The notes: generated from the sequence alone by a model not told the origin. 63,863 nt of DNA, filler included, from 4 parts of 4 records of this genome joined end to end with filler, not necessarily neighbours in it, one strand, 5' to 3'; counted from the first letter of the whole stretch, positions 41,249 to 51,118 are shown. Made by a program: numbers and translations.

Positions 41249-41737
41249 ATGCCCAAAGAATACCCAAAAGAACGCATCAAAGTGCCTCGATTCAATGAGG
41301 AATCAGGTTTCTATACGACACCGGAACGTTCCAAGATCATGGGAAAAATCCGAGGTAAGAACACAAAGCCGGAACTAGCCTTTAGAAAGGCTTTGTGGCA
41401 GTCGGGCTACCGATATCGTATCGACTACAAAAAACTTATAGGAAAGCCCGATATCGCCCTTAAAAGGTACAAAACCGTCATATTTATTGATGGGGAATAT
41501 TGGCATGGTCATAATTGGGAAGAACGAAAGGAAAAAATTAAGACCAATCGTGAATTCTGGATTCCAAAGATTGAACGCAATATACAACGGGACCACGAAG
41601 TAAATCAGGCATTAAAGGACAAAGGATATACCGTCTTCCGATTTTGGGAAACTGAAATAAAAAAGGACTTGGATGGGTGTTTGGAACAGGTATTGACTCA
41701 CCTCAACAAGGTCAAAGCTGCTTTTTCACAATCCTGA
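41249..41737 (+). CDS. vsr: Very short patch repair endonuclease
   Basis: RSKIMGKIRGKNTKPE, GKPDI, IDGEYWHGH, FWIPKIERN, RFWE. Confidence 0.92.
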   Translation: MPKEYPKERIKVPRFNEESGFYTTPERSKIMGKIRGKNTKPELAFRKALWQSGYRYRIDYKKLIGKPDIALKRYKTVIFIDGEYWHGHNWEERKEKIKTNREFWIPKIERNIQRDHEVNQALKDKGYTVFRFWETEIKKDLDGCLEQVLTHLNKVKAAFSQS

Positions 41738-42413
41738 AGACTTGTAGTACATCTTCCAAAGCCAATTCAAAATCTTGAAATTCTGGAGAAGTATTCAAAT
41801 TGTGGCAAACCAATGTCTTTTTTTCTTTATTATATCCTGTAAGCTGCTTACAGATAATCCTATCCGCACAAACCAATATATAGGATTGCCGCCATAAGGT
41901 CTCGTTACGGGTCAACGATTCTTTTTTGATTTCCAGTCCAAGAACGTATGCTTTGTTAGGAATGGATTCAGCACTGGGACCGTTCATGGAATCGCCAGAT
42001 ACTTCGAATATACGGTGGGGCTCTTCGGTTAAAAAATCGATAATAAAACCTCCCTGAAATGAATTGCTGAAGTTGTCCTTTTGTAGATTCTCAATATACC
42101 TTTTCTGCCACTCAACCAAAATCAAAGGAGCCATCACCAAATATTTACCATGCTCCAATGGGTAAAAAACACTTCCATGCTTGGTAAATGGCTGACGTTT
42201 GGTATAGGCCTCGCCCATATCATTTACCTCGTGCATGTAGAGCTCCGCAATGGTAAGTCCAAAATACTCGGCAATCTTGGTGAGATTTTTGATCGGGATG
42301 TTGGCATCCTTGCGTTCGTAGAGCTGTATTGTACGAAGACTCACGCCAATTTCCTTGCCCAATTGTGATTGACTTATATTATTTTTTCTTCGTAATTGCT
42401 TAATTATATACAT
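41712..42413 (-). CDS. XRE-HTH + S24 peptidase-like (phage cI/LexA-like) regulator
   Basis: N-terminal HTH SQSQLGKEIGVSLRTIQLYE; C-terminal FEVSGDSM and ICKQL (Ser/Lys dyad). Confidence 0.88.
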   Translation of the reverse strand: MYIIKQLRRKNNISQSQLGKEIGVSLRTIQLYERKDANIPIKNLTKIAEYFGLTIAELYMHEVNDMGEAYTKRQPFTKHGSVFYPLEHGKYLVMAPLILVEWQKRYIENLQKDNFSNSFQGGFIIDFLTEEPHRIFEVSGDSMNGPSAESIPNKAYVLGLEIKKESLTRNETLWRQSYILVCADRIICKQLTGYNKEKKTLVCHNLNTSPEFQDFELALEDVLQVFRIVKKQL

Positions 42414-42421
42414 TTATTTCT

Positions 42422-42504
42422 ATATTGTGTAATATTGTTACGCAATATGCGCTCGACGCAGCAATTTATCCAGTTTTCTGTAATTGGGTTACAAGCCAAA
42501 TATA
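42422..42504. promoter_or_regulatory. Two TGTAA-N5-TTAC(A/G) operators plus the leftward -7 element
   Basis: ATATTGTGTAA-TATTG-TTACGCAATAT (42422-42448); TGTAA-TTGGG-TTACA (42479-42493); CAAATATA (42497-42504). Confidence 0.65.
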
Positions 42505-42553
42505 GAAAATAGGATCTGACCCCGACATATAATTATTTAAACTTGAATTATAT

Positions 42554-42874
42554 ATGGGTTTCATGAAAGGCCTTGGGCCACTCCTTAAAATCGAACTGAT
42601 TTCTACGGATGAAGATTACGGCAAGCCAATAAGCGAAAAACTATCCGAAGTGCTCCGTAGGAACACATCCAAAAATGATTTGGCCAATATTGCCATTCGG
42701 ACCAATGTGAGTTTTTCCACTATTCGTGGTGTGGTATACAGAACCAACAGTTTAACCAAACTGAATGCCAAGGCAATCTCCTTGTTGATGCATGCCGCTT
42801 TTGAAAACTCCGTAGCGCATAAATTACAAGCGGAGGGGAATAATGTTTACCTGGGCGGACTACTAAATATTTAG
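42554..42874 (+). CDS. Small putative HTH (Cro-like) protein
   Basis: DLANIAIRTNVSFSTIRGVV resembles an HTH; divergent from the cI-like gene. Confidence 0.6.
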   Translation: MGFMKGLGPLLKIELISTDEDYGKPISEKLSEVLRRNTSKNDLANIAIRTNVSFSTIRGVVYRTNSLTKLNAKAISLLMHAAFENSVAHKLQAEGNNVYLGGLLNI

Positions 42875-43378
42875 CCGGAGTAACAAGTCGGTCTGCCTAT
42901 CTGAGCCAATGAAATAAGGGTGTTCCCCAAACTTGGCAAAGCCATGCCTTTGGTAAAATTGAATGGCTTTTGGGTTGTGCTCCCAAACTCCCAACCAAAT
43001 GTAGCTCTTCTTTAATGATTCAGCTTGGGCCATTACTTTCTTGAGCATCCAAGAACCGATTTTTTTGCCTTGATGTTCTCCTATAACATAAATGCGTTCA
43101 ATTTCCAGGGCATTGGGGTCGTGCACATCGGTTTGGGCGGCACCAATATTCCATTTGAAATAGCCTACCAAAGTTTCATCGTCATAAACAAAATGAAAAA
43201 GACTATCCTTATTTGCGAGTTCGGCGGCTAGCTTTTTATAATGGAAAGCCTCATTGATATATTTCTGGAAGTCTTCGGGGTCGTTGTCCTTTTCAAAGGC
43301 ATCGGAAAAGGTGCTTTTGGATATATTCACCAAGGTATCCAAATCGGTATCCTCGCATTCCCGAAAGTGAAGCGACAT
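42863..43378 (-). CDS. GNAT acetyltransferase (PaiA-like)
   Basis: LEIERIYV, QGKKIG, WLGVWEHNPKAIQFY. Confidence 0.9.
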   Translation of the reverse strand: MSLHFRECEDTDLDTLVNISKSTFSDAFEKDNDPEDFQKYINEAFHYKKLAAELANKDSLFHFVYDDETLVGYFKWNIGAAQTDVHDPNALEIERIYVIGEHQGKKIGSWMLKKVMAQAESLKKSYIWLGVWEHNPKAIQFYQRHGFAKFGEHPYFIGSDRQTDLLLRLNI

Positions 43379-43407
43379 ATCTGAATGGTTTTCTTTAAAA
43401 TTATAGC

Positions 43408-43437
43408 AAAAAAAAGAGCCGAACAAGGTGTTGGCTC
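43408..43437 (-). terminator. Intrinsic terminator after the 34-aa small ORF
   Basis: Minus-strand GAGCCAACA-loop-TGTTCGGCTC followed by T8. Confidence 0.75.
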
Positions 43438-43464
43438 CAAATTTTTCAGGGGGATGTAACTGAT

Positions 43465-43569
43465 TTAAAGCATAAAAAGCTTTTTAATCAAAAGCATAAA
43501 TCCTGTGAAAAAATCGTTTCGGTAAACTTGGACGTTTTCGTCCATTGTAGTCTGTGTTTTTAGGGCCAT
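43465..43569 (-). CDS. Small protein (34 aa), absent from the ORF track
   Basis: MALKTQTTMDENVQVYRNDFFTGFMLLIKKLFML; own -7 element (43620-43627) and terminator. Confidence 0.55.
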   Translation of the reverse strand: MALKTQTTMDENVQVYRNDFFTGFMLLIKKLFML

Positions 43570-43702
43570 GGTCAAATCGGTTTTGGTGGTGTTAATTTGG
43601 GTAAAAATTTCGATATAACCAAATATATAATCGATGAATGGCATTCTAAAACTATTGTTGTGTAACAGCTTTAAAATGTTGTAAAAATGCCAAGGATATT
43701 TA

Positions 43703-44203
43703 TTAAATCCTCATTTCCGGAACGTCACCATCCACAACCAACCTACCTTCGGTTGCGTTCTTGATTTCCTCTACGGAAACACCTGGTGCTCTTTCCAACA
43801 ATTTAAAACCTTGGTCCGTTACTTCCAACACGGCAAGATTCGTAACTATTTTGGTTACACATCCTACACCGGTCAACGGCAGCGTACATCTTTTTAAAAG
43901 TTTTGAATCGCCGTCTCGGTTGGTGTGCATCATTGCCACAATGATATTTTCAGCCGATGCCACCAAATCCATGGCGCCTCCCATTCCCTTTACCATTTTA
44001 CCGGGTATCTTCCAATTGGCGATATCACCGTTCTCCGCAACTTCCATTGCACCTAAAATGGTTAAGTGGACATGTTGGCCACGTATCATGCCAAAACTGG
44101 TTGCAGAATCAAAGAATGATGCGCCGGGCAATGTGGTAATGGTCTGTTTTCCTGCATTAATGATATCCGCATCTTCCTCTCCTTCAAACGGGAAAGGGCC
44201 CAG
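43703..44203 (-). CDS. scoB: 3-oxoacid CoA-transferase subunit B (5' end cut by contig edge)
   Basis: [29 protein letters not shown]. Confidence 0.92.
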   Translation of the reverse strand: MGPFPFEGEEDADIINAGKQTITTLPGASFFDSATSFGMIRGQHVHLTILGAMEVAENGDIANWKIPGKMVKGMGGAMDLVASAENIIVAMMHTNRDGDSKLLKRCTLPLTGVGCVTKIVTNLAVLEVTDQGFKLLERAPGVSVEEIKNATEGRLVVDGDVPEMRI

Positions 44204-44303
44204 NNNNNNNNNNNNNNNNNNNNNNNNNNNNNNNNNNNNNNNNNNNNTTAATTAATTAANNNNNNNNNNNNNNNNNNNNNNNNNNNNNNNNNNNNNNNNN
44301 NNN
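44204..44303. other. Artificial contig spacer
   Basis: 44 N + TTAATTAATTAA + 44 N. Confidence 0.98.
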
Positions 44304-44325
44304 TTGAATCGGGCGCCCTCAGGGC

Positions 44326-44824
44326 AGATGAATGAACAAGGGTGAAAGTTAAGTAAGAAGGATGAATGAAGAAGTAAGAAAGAGCCGGCGTGCCAGGCAC
44401 ACTCTGAATCGGCTCAGCGAGACGCTTCGCCCTACCTTCTGAATGGGGGCTGATCGCTGAGAGCTGATGGCTGAAAGCTTTTGGCTAACAGCTTAAAGCT
44501 TACCGCTTATAGCTAACAGCTGACTGCCGAATGGCAGAGTTCCTGTAGGCTGCGAGCTTGCTCGCGCGATCAGGCGATGCGTCTGCAAGCAGACGGCCTA
44601 CGTGGGGAAGGAGGAAGGGTGAAGGAAGAATGGCCGGTGATATATCGGATAACAGAGAATACGGACCGAGGTCAGCGACCTCGGCTACAGTGGCGTTCAC
44701 GCGCTTAGCGAGATCCTTCGTCGCATCAAGCTATGAGAGGACACGCGCTTCGCCCTACCTCCTGAAGGCTGACAGCTGTATCGCTGAGAGCTTAAAGCTT
44801 ATAGCTCAAAGCTTACAGCTTTAC
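44326..44824. repeat. Mosaic cluster of REP palindromes and heptamer arrays
   Basis: REPs at 44411-44436, 44545-44601, 44664-44689 and 44701-44759; GCTNNNN arrays at 44449-44532 and 44768-44824. Confidence 0.85.
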
Positions 44825-44827
44825 CAA

Positions 44828-46186
44828 TCACACCTGATATTCTTTCCCGGGGACGGGATCGATGACTTTGGTCTTGGGGATCTTTTCGGCGAATTGCTTG
44901 ATGAACCAATCGCGGGCGGGTTGATCGCCATGCGTCAGAACGATACTGCGGGGCTCGGCTTGGATCGCGTATTCAAGAAGGTCTTCGCGATCGGCGTGGC
45001 CGCTGAGTTCGAAGCGTTCGATGCTGGCCTTAACCTTGGCTTTCACGTTGGCCTTTTCGAAGAGGAAGGATTCACCGTGTTTGGTGGCCATCAATTTGCC
45101 GCCGGGGGTGTCGGGATCGCAGTAGCCCACGAAGCCGATGGTGTTGCGCGCGTGACCGAGCAGACCCGACGCGAGCGTGTAGCTGGGCGTCTTTTCCACA
45201 AGCATGCCCGAGCTCACGATGTAGAGCGCGTTTTGCTGCGGATCCTTGCCGGCATCCAATTTACGGGGGAGCGGCTTTGCTTTGAGCTCTTTGATGATGC
45301 CGCGATTGAAATCGAGGTGATTGGTTTTGCGGGAAATCTCGTCGAAGTGATCGGCGAGCGCCATGCCGAGTCCGGAGGCGTAGATGGGGCAATCGACGAG
45401 TTTGCCGAATTTGCGCGCGTCGTGCATCACGGTGAGGATTTCCTGCATCCGACCGAGGGCGAAGATCGGGATCAGGTAGGAGCCGCCGCGATCGATGGTG
45501 TTGTTGATATCGGTGATCAGGCGGTTGATTTCATCGCCGCGACTCGGGGTTTCCGAACTGTCGGTATCGCCGCGCGTCGTTTCCATAATCACCGTATCGA
45601 AATGACCGGCGGGGAATTTCGCGCCGGGGAGGGTGCGCTGATTTTCAAACTGCACATCGCCGGTGATGAAAATCTGGCGGTGCTTGTGACGCAATTCGAC
45701 GCCGCAGGCGCCGGCGACGTGTCCGGCGGGATGGAGAATGATTTCCACTTCATCGCGATGACCGCGGAATTTCTTGGCGTGGCCAAACTGGAGGCCGATC
45801 ATCCGACTCGCCAGGCGTTCGATCTCGCCGTGGGTAAAGAGCGGGTAGTCGGGGATGTTTTCCTCATCCTTCTGACGCAGCATCACATTGGCGGAGTTGT
45901 GCAGCATGCGTTCGATCAGCATCCGGCTGGAGGTCGTCATGATGACAGGCGTGTCGGGATGCTCGCGCATCGCGACGGGCAGACTGCCGATGTGATCGAG
46001 ATGGCAATGGGTGATAATGATCAGATCTAGGGCCGTCTCGCGGATCGACATCAGATCGGGTGTCGCGTCGCGCCCCTTTTGTTTCGGGTTCAGCCCGCAA
46101 TCCACGAGAATGTTCAGGTCGCCGATGGTCAGGAGCTGGGAATTGGCACCGATGCCGCCGTCGCGATTGAGGTCGATTAACTTCAT
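44828..46186 (-). CDS. Beta-CASP metallo-beta-lactamase ribonuclease
   Basis: VDCG, THCHLDH, AGHVAG, TGD, IPIFALGRMQE, SSGM, LSGHAD, LTHG. Confidence 0.92.
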   Translation of the reverse strand: MKLIDLNRDGGIGANSQLLTIGDLNILVDCGLNPKQKGRDATPDLMSIRETALDLIIITHCHLDHIGSLPVAMREHPDTPVIMTTSSRMLIERMLHNSANVMLRQKDEENIPDYPLFTHGEIERLASRMIGLQFGHAKKFRGHRDEVEIILHPAGHVAGACGVELRHKHRQIFITGDVQFENQRTLPGAKFPAGHFDTVIMETTRGDTDSSETPSRGDEINRLITDINNTIDRGGSYLIPIFALGRMQEILTVMHDARKFGKLVDCPIYASGLGMALADHFDEISRKTNHLDFNRGIIKELKAKPLPRKLDAGKDPQQNALYIVSSGMLVEKTPSYTLASGLLGHARNTIGFVGYCDPDTPGGKLMATKHGESFLFEKANVKAKVKASIERFELSGHADREDLLEYAIQAEPRSIVLTHGDQPARDWFIKQFAEKIPKTKVIDPVPGKEYQV

Positions 46187-46227
46187 AAACGGCGATCCCA
46201 ACAGAACTCAGCGAACACGGAAACCTT

Positions 46228-46611
46228 TTATTCCGCCGGAATCCGCATCTCGAAGGCGGGGAGGCTGACGTGCACGCGGCGACCGAGATCATCGATTCCG
46301 TGGAAGCAGCCGCGGGCGATCGCATCTTCGTTGGCGACGTGGTAGCTGTTGTAGGAGAACTCCTCCCCGGGAGGGATGCGCGGGGTCTCGCCGACTATCT
46401 TGTCGCCTTCGATGACCATGCGGTCGCCGTCCTCCTGTTCGATGACCCATTTGCGGCCGAGCAGTGTGATGGTGTGCTCCGAGCTGTTGCGAATCGTCAC
46501 GAAGTAAACGAAAGCGTGGGGTTTGTCCACGGGCAGACTGCAACCACCGTGATGGTAGCACAGTTTATCGAGGCTGGCGGACAGCCCGGGGAGTTCGATG
46601 GAACAGGACAC
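46228..46611 (-). CDS. apaG: ApaG domain protein
   Basis: FVYFVTIRN, LLGRKWVI, VGETPRIPPGEEFSYNS. Confidence 0.88.
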   Translation of the reverse strand: MSCSIELPGLSASLDKLCYHHGGCSLPVDKPHAFVYFVTIRNSSEHTITLLGRKWVIEQEDGDRMVIEGDKIVGETPRIPPGEEFSYNSYHVANEDAIARGCFHGIDDLGRRVHVSLPAFEMRIPAE

Positions 46612-46713
46612 GGCTTAAACAGAGCGGGGAATCGCGTTGGCGCAAGTCAGACGTGAGATCAAAACGGTTTCGCACTTGCGACTTCCCGCCGGGATGAGGC
46701 AAAACAGTGGCTT

Positions 46714-48264
46714 ATGGCTAAACTGGCTCTTCTCTCTGTCAGCAATAAGGATGGTCTCGCGGATTTCGCCACGGCCCTCGTCAAACAGCACGGCTATACG
46801 TTGCTTTCGACCGGAGGCACCGCGCGCCTGCTGGCCGAAAAGGGGCTGCCCGTGACCGAGGTTGGCGAGCACACGGGATTCCCCGAAATGATGGAAGGCC
46901 GCGTGAAGACCTTGCACCCGAAGATCCACGGTGGATTGCTCTGCCGTCGCGACAAGCAGGAGCATCTCGATCAGGCCGCGGCCAACGACATCGCGTTGAT
47001 CGATCTCGTGGTGGTGAATCTCTATCCGTTTGAAGAAACCGTCGCCAAGCCGGAGGTCACTTTCGAGGAAGCGATCGAGAACATCGATATCGGCGGTCCT
47101 TCGATGCTGCGCAGTGCGGCCAAGAATCACGATAGCGTGACGGTGGTGTGCGATCCGTCGGATTACGACGGCGTGCTCGCGGCGATGGGGGATGACAGCG
47201 CGATCAAGGCGCTGCGTCGCAAGCTCGCGCTGAAGGTTTTCCAACGCACCGGCAGCTACGATACGGCGATTTCGCAATATCTCGCGGCCCAGGCCAATGA
47301 TGAACCGGACATGGCTTCGTTGAGCGGTTTCCCCGAAAAGCTGGAACTGTCCTACCAGAAGGCTCAGACGCTGCGCTATGGCGAAAACCCGCATCAGCAG
47401 GCCGCGCTTTACGGCACGTTCCACGAACATTTCGAACAGCTGCAGGGCAAGGAGCTCTCGTATAACAATATTCTCGATATCACTTCGGCGACTTTCCTGA
47501 TCGGCGATTTCGAGAAACCCACCGTCGGCATTCTCAAGCACACGAATCCCTGCGGCGTGGCGAGTGCGAACACCTTGGAAGACGCCTGGGAACTCGCCTA
47601 TGCGACGGATCGTCAGGCACCGTTTGGCGGGATCATTATCGTGAATCAAACCCTCGGGGCCGGGCTGGCGGAAAAGATCGCCGGTATCTTCACGGAAGTG
47701 ATTATCGCGCCGCGTTTCAGCGACGAAGCACTGGCGATTCTGAAGAAGAAAAAGAATCTTCGCCTGATGATCGCGAAAGCCGGTCTCGGCGCCGACACGC
47801 TGCAGGAAGTGCGCACCGTGATCGGTGGGGTGCTCTTGCAGGATCGCGACAAGACGTTGGGCAATCAGGGAGAATTCAAGGTGGTCACGAAGCGTCAGCC
47901 GACTGCCGAAGAATGGGCGTCGATGGTCTTCGGTTGGAAGATCTGCAAACACGTGAAATCGAATGCGATTGTTTACTGTCGCGGTGAGCAGACGCTCGGA
48001 ATCGGGGCGGGGCAGATGGCCCGCGTGGACAGCTCGCGCATCGCGGTCTGGAAGGCCGGCGAGGCGAAGCTCGACCTCAACGGATCGATCGTCGCGAGTG
48101 AGGCGCTGTTCCCTTTTGCCGATGGGCTGATCGCCGCCGCCGAAGCGGGCGCGACTTGTGCGATTCAACCGGGCGGCTCGGTCCGTGACGAAGAAGTCAT
48201 TGCCGCCGCCGACGAACGCGGCATGGCAATGGTCTTCACGGGCATCCGCCACTTTAAGCACTAA
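46714..48264 (+). CDS. purH: AICAR transformylase/IMP cyclohydrolase
   Basis: [41 protein letters not shown]. Confidence 0.97.
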   Translation: MAKLALLSVSNKDGLADFATALVKQHGYTLLSTGGTARLLAEKGLPVTEVGEHTGFPEMMEGRVKTLHPKIHGGLLCRRDKQEHLDQAAANDIALIDLVVVNLYPFEETVAKPEVTFEEAIENIDIGGPSMLRSAAKNHDSVTVVCDPSDYDGVLAAMGDDSAIKALRRKLALKVFQRTGSYDTAISQYLAAQANDEPDMASLSGFPEKLELSYQKAQTLRYGENPHQQAALYGTFHEHFEQLQGKELSYNNILDITSATFLIGDFEKPTVGILKHTNPCGVASANTLEDAWELAYATDRQAPFGGIIIVNQTLGAGLAEKIAGIFTEVIIAPRFSDEALAILKKKKNLRLMIAKAGLGADTLQEVRTVIGGVLLQDRDKTLGNQGEFKVVTKRQPTAEEWASMVFGWKICKHVKSNAIVYCRGEQTLGIGAGQMARVDSSRIAVWKAGEAKLDLNGSIVASEALFPFADGLIAAAEAGATCAIQPGGSVRDEEVIAAADERGMAMVFTGIRHFKH

Positions 48265-48300
48265 TCAAATCAACAACGAATTTTTTTATGATCCACTGCT

Positions 48301-48393
48301 TGTCATTCTGATCCCGCGCAGTCGGGAGAAGAATCCAGTGCCCATTCGCAGCGGTGCCCTTAGTGGATTCTTCGGCGATGCCTCAGAATGACA
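48301..48393. repeat. GTCATTCTGA-type palindromic element, copy 1
   Basis: TGTCATTCTGA..GAAGAATCCA..TGGATTCTTC..TCAGAATGACA. Confidence 0.85.
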
Positions 48394-48449
48394 GGACAAT
48401 GCTGAACCACGACTAGTTAACCCAAGTTCCAACCTAAAATCATCACGCT

Positions 48450-49253
48450 ATGAAACGTCTCATTCCGCACCGTCTTGGATTAAGCCTTCTATTGGGATTG
48501 TTGGTGGTGTTGGCGGGGTGCTACACGAATCCGGTCACCGGGCGGCAATACGCGGTGATGACTTCGGTGGGCGAGGAAGCGCAATTGGGTGCCCAATCCT
48601 TCGCGCAGATCAAAAGCGAGGAACGGATCAGTCGCGATCCGGCAGCGAATGCCCGCGTGCGCCGGATCGGTGAGCGGATCGCCAGCGTGGTCGGCAATCA
48701 TCTGCCGGGAGCGCAGTGGGAGTTTGTCGTATTCGAATCCGCGGAACTCAACGCGTTCGCTTTGCCGGGCGGGAAAGTCGGTGTTTACACCGGGTTAATC
48801 AACCTCGCGGAAAGCGACGACGAACTCGCGTCCGTGATGGGCCACGAAATCGGTCATGTGGTGGCGCGTCACGGTGGCAAACGCATGACGGAAGCCACCG
48901 TGGTGGGTGCGGTCGGTTCACTGGGGGCCGCCGTGGTGGACAGCAAATATGGCGAAGAGAAACGCGATCTGTTCATGCTCGCCTATGGCGGTATTTCGAC
49001 AGTCGGCTATGTGCTCCCGCATTCCCGCGGAGATGAGAGCGAGGCCGATCTGATGGGCCTGCAATACGCGGCCGCGGCAGGCTACGATCCACGGGCCGCG
49101 ATTACCTTTTGGCAAAAGATGGCCGCAGCCAAAGGTGGCAGTTCTCAGGTTCCCGCGTGGCTGTCCACCCATCCGGCCGATGAGCAGCGGATCGAGGATT
49201 TGAAAGCGGCCGCGCCGCGCTACGTGCCGCTCTATTTGCAAAATCGTCAATAG
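48450..49253 (+). CDS. M48 zinc metallopeptidase lipoprotein
   Basis: Lipobox LAGC, NAFALPGG, HEIGH, ESEAD, STHP. Confidence 0.92.
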   Translation: MKRLIPHRLGLSLLLGLLVVLAGCYTNPVTGRQYAVMTSVGEEAQLGAQSFAQIKSEERISRDPAANARVRRIGERIASVVGNHLPGAQWEFVVFESAELNAFALPGGKVGVYTGLINLAESDDELASVMGHEIGHVVARHGGKRMTEATVVGAVGSLGAAVVDSKYGEEKRDLFMLAYGGISTVGYVLPHSRGDESEADLMGLQYAAAAGYDPRAAITFWQKMAAAKGGSSQVPAWLSTHPADEQRIEDLKAAAPRYVPLYLQNRQ

Positions 49254-49282
49254 CGTTAATCGGCGCTGACGAGAGTTGTCAT

Positions 49283-49475
49283 GTAGGCTGCGAGCTTGCT
49301 CGCGCTGATCGACACATCACACCGCTCGCGAGCGAGCGGTCGACACGTTATCCGTCAGTGCTATCCGCGCTTAAAGGAGGTTGTGGAAAAAGATGGCTGG
49401 GCACGTCCCTGTGCCCGGAAGACTGCGCAGATCCGTCCCGCAGGGCAACTGACGGCGGGCACAGGAACGCCACTT
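49283..49475. repeat. REP cluster
   Basis: GTAGGCTGCGAGCTTGCTCGCG (identical to 44545-44566) with inverted partner; GGGCACGTCCCTGTGCCC pair. Confidence 0.8.
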
Positions 49476-49543
49476 CGCGACTCGCTATGACAGAAGTGAA
49501 TATTGTTATGACCTTTCTCCACGCCCGCCAGTAGGTCAGCGTT

Positions 49544-49646
49544 TGTCATTCTGAGCAGAGAGAAGAATCCAGTTAACTCGACACAAGACTATGCGTTGGA
49601 TAATCGCACTGGATTCTTCTCCCCCAGTAGCGGGATCAGAATGACA
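49544..49646. repeat. GTCATTCTGA-type palindromic element, copy 2 (inverted)
   Basis: Same terminal and internal arms as 48301-48393. Confidence 0.85.
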
Positions 49647-49733
49647 GAAACGTAATCGATACCTTCAACTCGGAATGATGTGCGCTGACGTTTTCCGATT
49701 GGCGTTGTGACGGGCGAGGGTCAGCGTGATGGC

Positions 49734-51107
49734 ATGTTTGATCCCGTAGAAAAACTTAAGGAATACCTTCGTCATCCCAGCGTGTCCGCCGATCCGGCTT
49801 TTGCCGAAGGTATGAAAGGGGCGCGCGAATTTGTGGGAGGCTTGCTGGGCGAGATCGGTTTCGCCGTGGAATACGTGCCGACGGAATTGCATCCGGTTGT
49901 GGTGGCGAAACGCGAGGGGGACCCCAGTTGGCCGCATGTGATCATTTACGGTCACTACGATGTGCAACCGGCCGATCCCCTCGAACTGTGGGACACGCCG
50001 CCTTACGAGCCCACGGAACGGGACGGACGGCTCTATGCGCGCGGTGCGGCGGATAACAAAGGACCGCTGATGGCGCATATCGCGGCCGTGGGACGTTTGC
50101 TCGAAGCGGAGCCGGATCTGCCGCTACGGATTACCTTCGCAATTGAAGGCGAAGAGGAAATTGGCAGCCAGAACTTCAAATCGTTTCTGAAGCAGCACAG
50201 CGACAAACTCGCGGGAGCTGATTTTGTGTTTCTGTCCGACACGGGTATTCCCAATCCGGATCAAATGGTCATCACCGTGGGCTTGCGCGGGATGATTTGT
50301 TTCGAAGTGGAATTGAGCAACGCGCGGGTCGATTTGCACTCGGGCATGTATGGTGGAGTGATCATGAATCCGATCCAGGGACTCGCCGAACTCTGCGCTT
50401 CGCTGCACACCCCGGAGGGCAAAGTGAACCTACCGGGCTTTTACGACGACGTGATCGACGTGCAGCCGTGGGAACGCGAACAGCTCTCGAAACTCGGTTT
50501 GAGCGAAGCCGATTTCGCCAAATTTCTCGGAGTAAAAAACTTTCACGTGCCGCCGGGCTACACACCGTTTGAAGCAATCCGCTTTTTGCCGACGCTCGAG
50601 TTCAATGGCATTGGCGGCGGTTACCAGGGCGAGGGATCCAAGACGGTGATCCCGACGAGTGCTCGGGTGAAGATCAGTTGCCGTTTGGTGCCGAATCAAA
50701 CTCCGGAGAAATTGAAGGAGAATCTTTACGCGGAGATCCGGAAACGGGTGGCTCCGGGACTGACGGTCAAGATCACCGATCAGCACGATGCGACGCCATA
50801 CCTGGTCGTGCCGCCGGATCGCAACAACACGCCCGCCGATCAATCCGAAGTGCTCGCGCGCGCCTTCCGGGCCACTCACGACGTGGTGAAGGACGTGTGG
50901 GGCAAGGAACCGCTTTATCTGCGGGAGGGCGGTAGCGTGGGCCTGATCGCCGACTTGAAGAGCGAACTCAATCTCGACGCGATCCTCCTCGGTCTCTTCC
51001 TGCCCGAAGATAATCTGCATGCTCCGAACGAAGGCTTCGATCTCTCGATTATGAGCAAAGGCATCGATACGATTCAGGAAGTGCTCCGGCGCACCGCGCA
51101 TCCGTGA
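49734..51107 (+). CDS. M20 dipeptidase (CNDP/Dug1-like)
   Basis: YGHYDVQPA, ARGAADNKG, EGEEEIGS, DLHSG, HAPNE. Confidence 0.92.
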   Translation: MFDPVEKLKEYLRHPSVSADPAFAEGMKGAREFVGGLLGEIGFAVEYVPTELHPVVVAKREGDPSWPHVIIYGHYDVQPADPLELWDTPPYEPTERDGRLYARGAADNKGPLMAHIAAVGRLLEAEPDLPLRITFAIEGEEEIGSQNFKSFLKQHSDKLAGADFVFLSDTGIPNPDQMVITVGLRGMICFEVELSNARVDLHSGMYGGVIMNPIQGLAELCASLHTPEGKVNLPGFYDDVIDVQPWEREQLSKLGLSEADFAKFLGVKNFHVPPGYTPFEAIRFLPTLEFNGIGGGYQGEGSKTVIPTSARVKISCRLVPNQTPEKLKENLYAEIRKRVAPGLTVKITDQHDATPYLVVPPDRNNTPADQSEVLARAFRATHDVVKDVWGKEPLYLREGGSVGLIADLKSELNLDAILLGLFLPEDNLHAPNEGFDLSIMSKGIDTIQEVLRRTAHP

Positions 51108-51118
51108 GGGTGTGATTT

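Noticed and set aside
41712..42874. Prophage
   Set aside because: Only a repressor-like pair; no integrase, structural genes or att sites
44304..44827. Repeat cluster as a CRISPR array
   Set aside because: No constant repeat with regularly sized unique spacers and no cas genes; units are heterogeneous REPs and heptamers
44558..48261. Long ORFs 44558-46030 (+) and 46615-48261 (-)
   Set aside because: Antisense shadows of the beta-CASP gene and purH in GC-rich DNA, with no recognisable motifs
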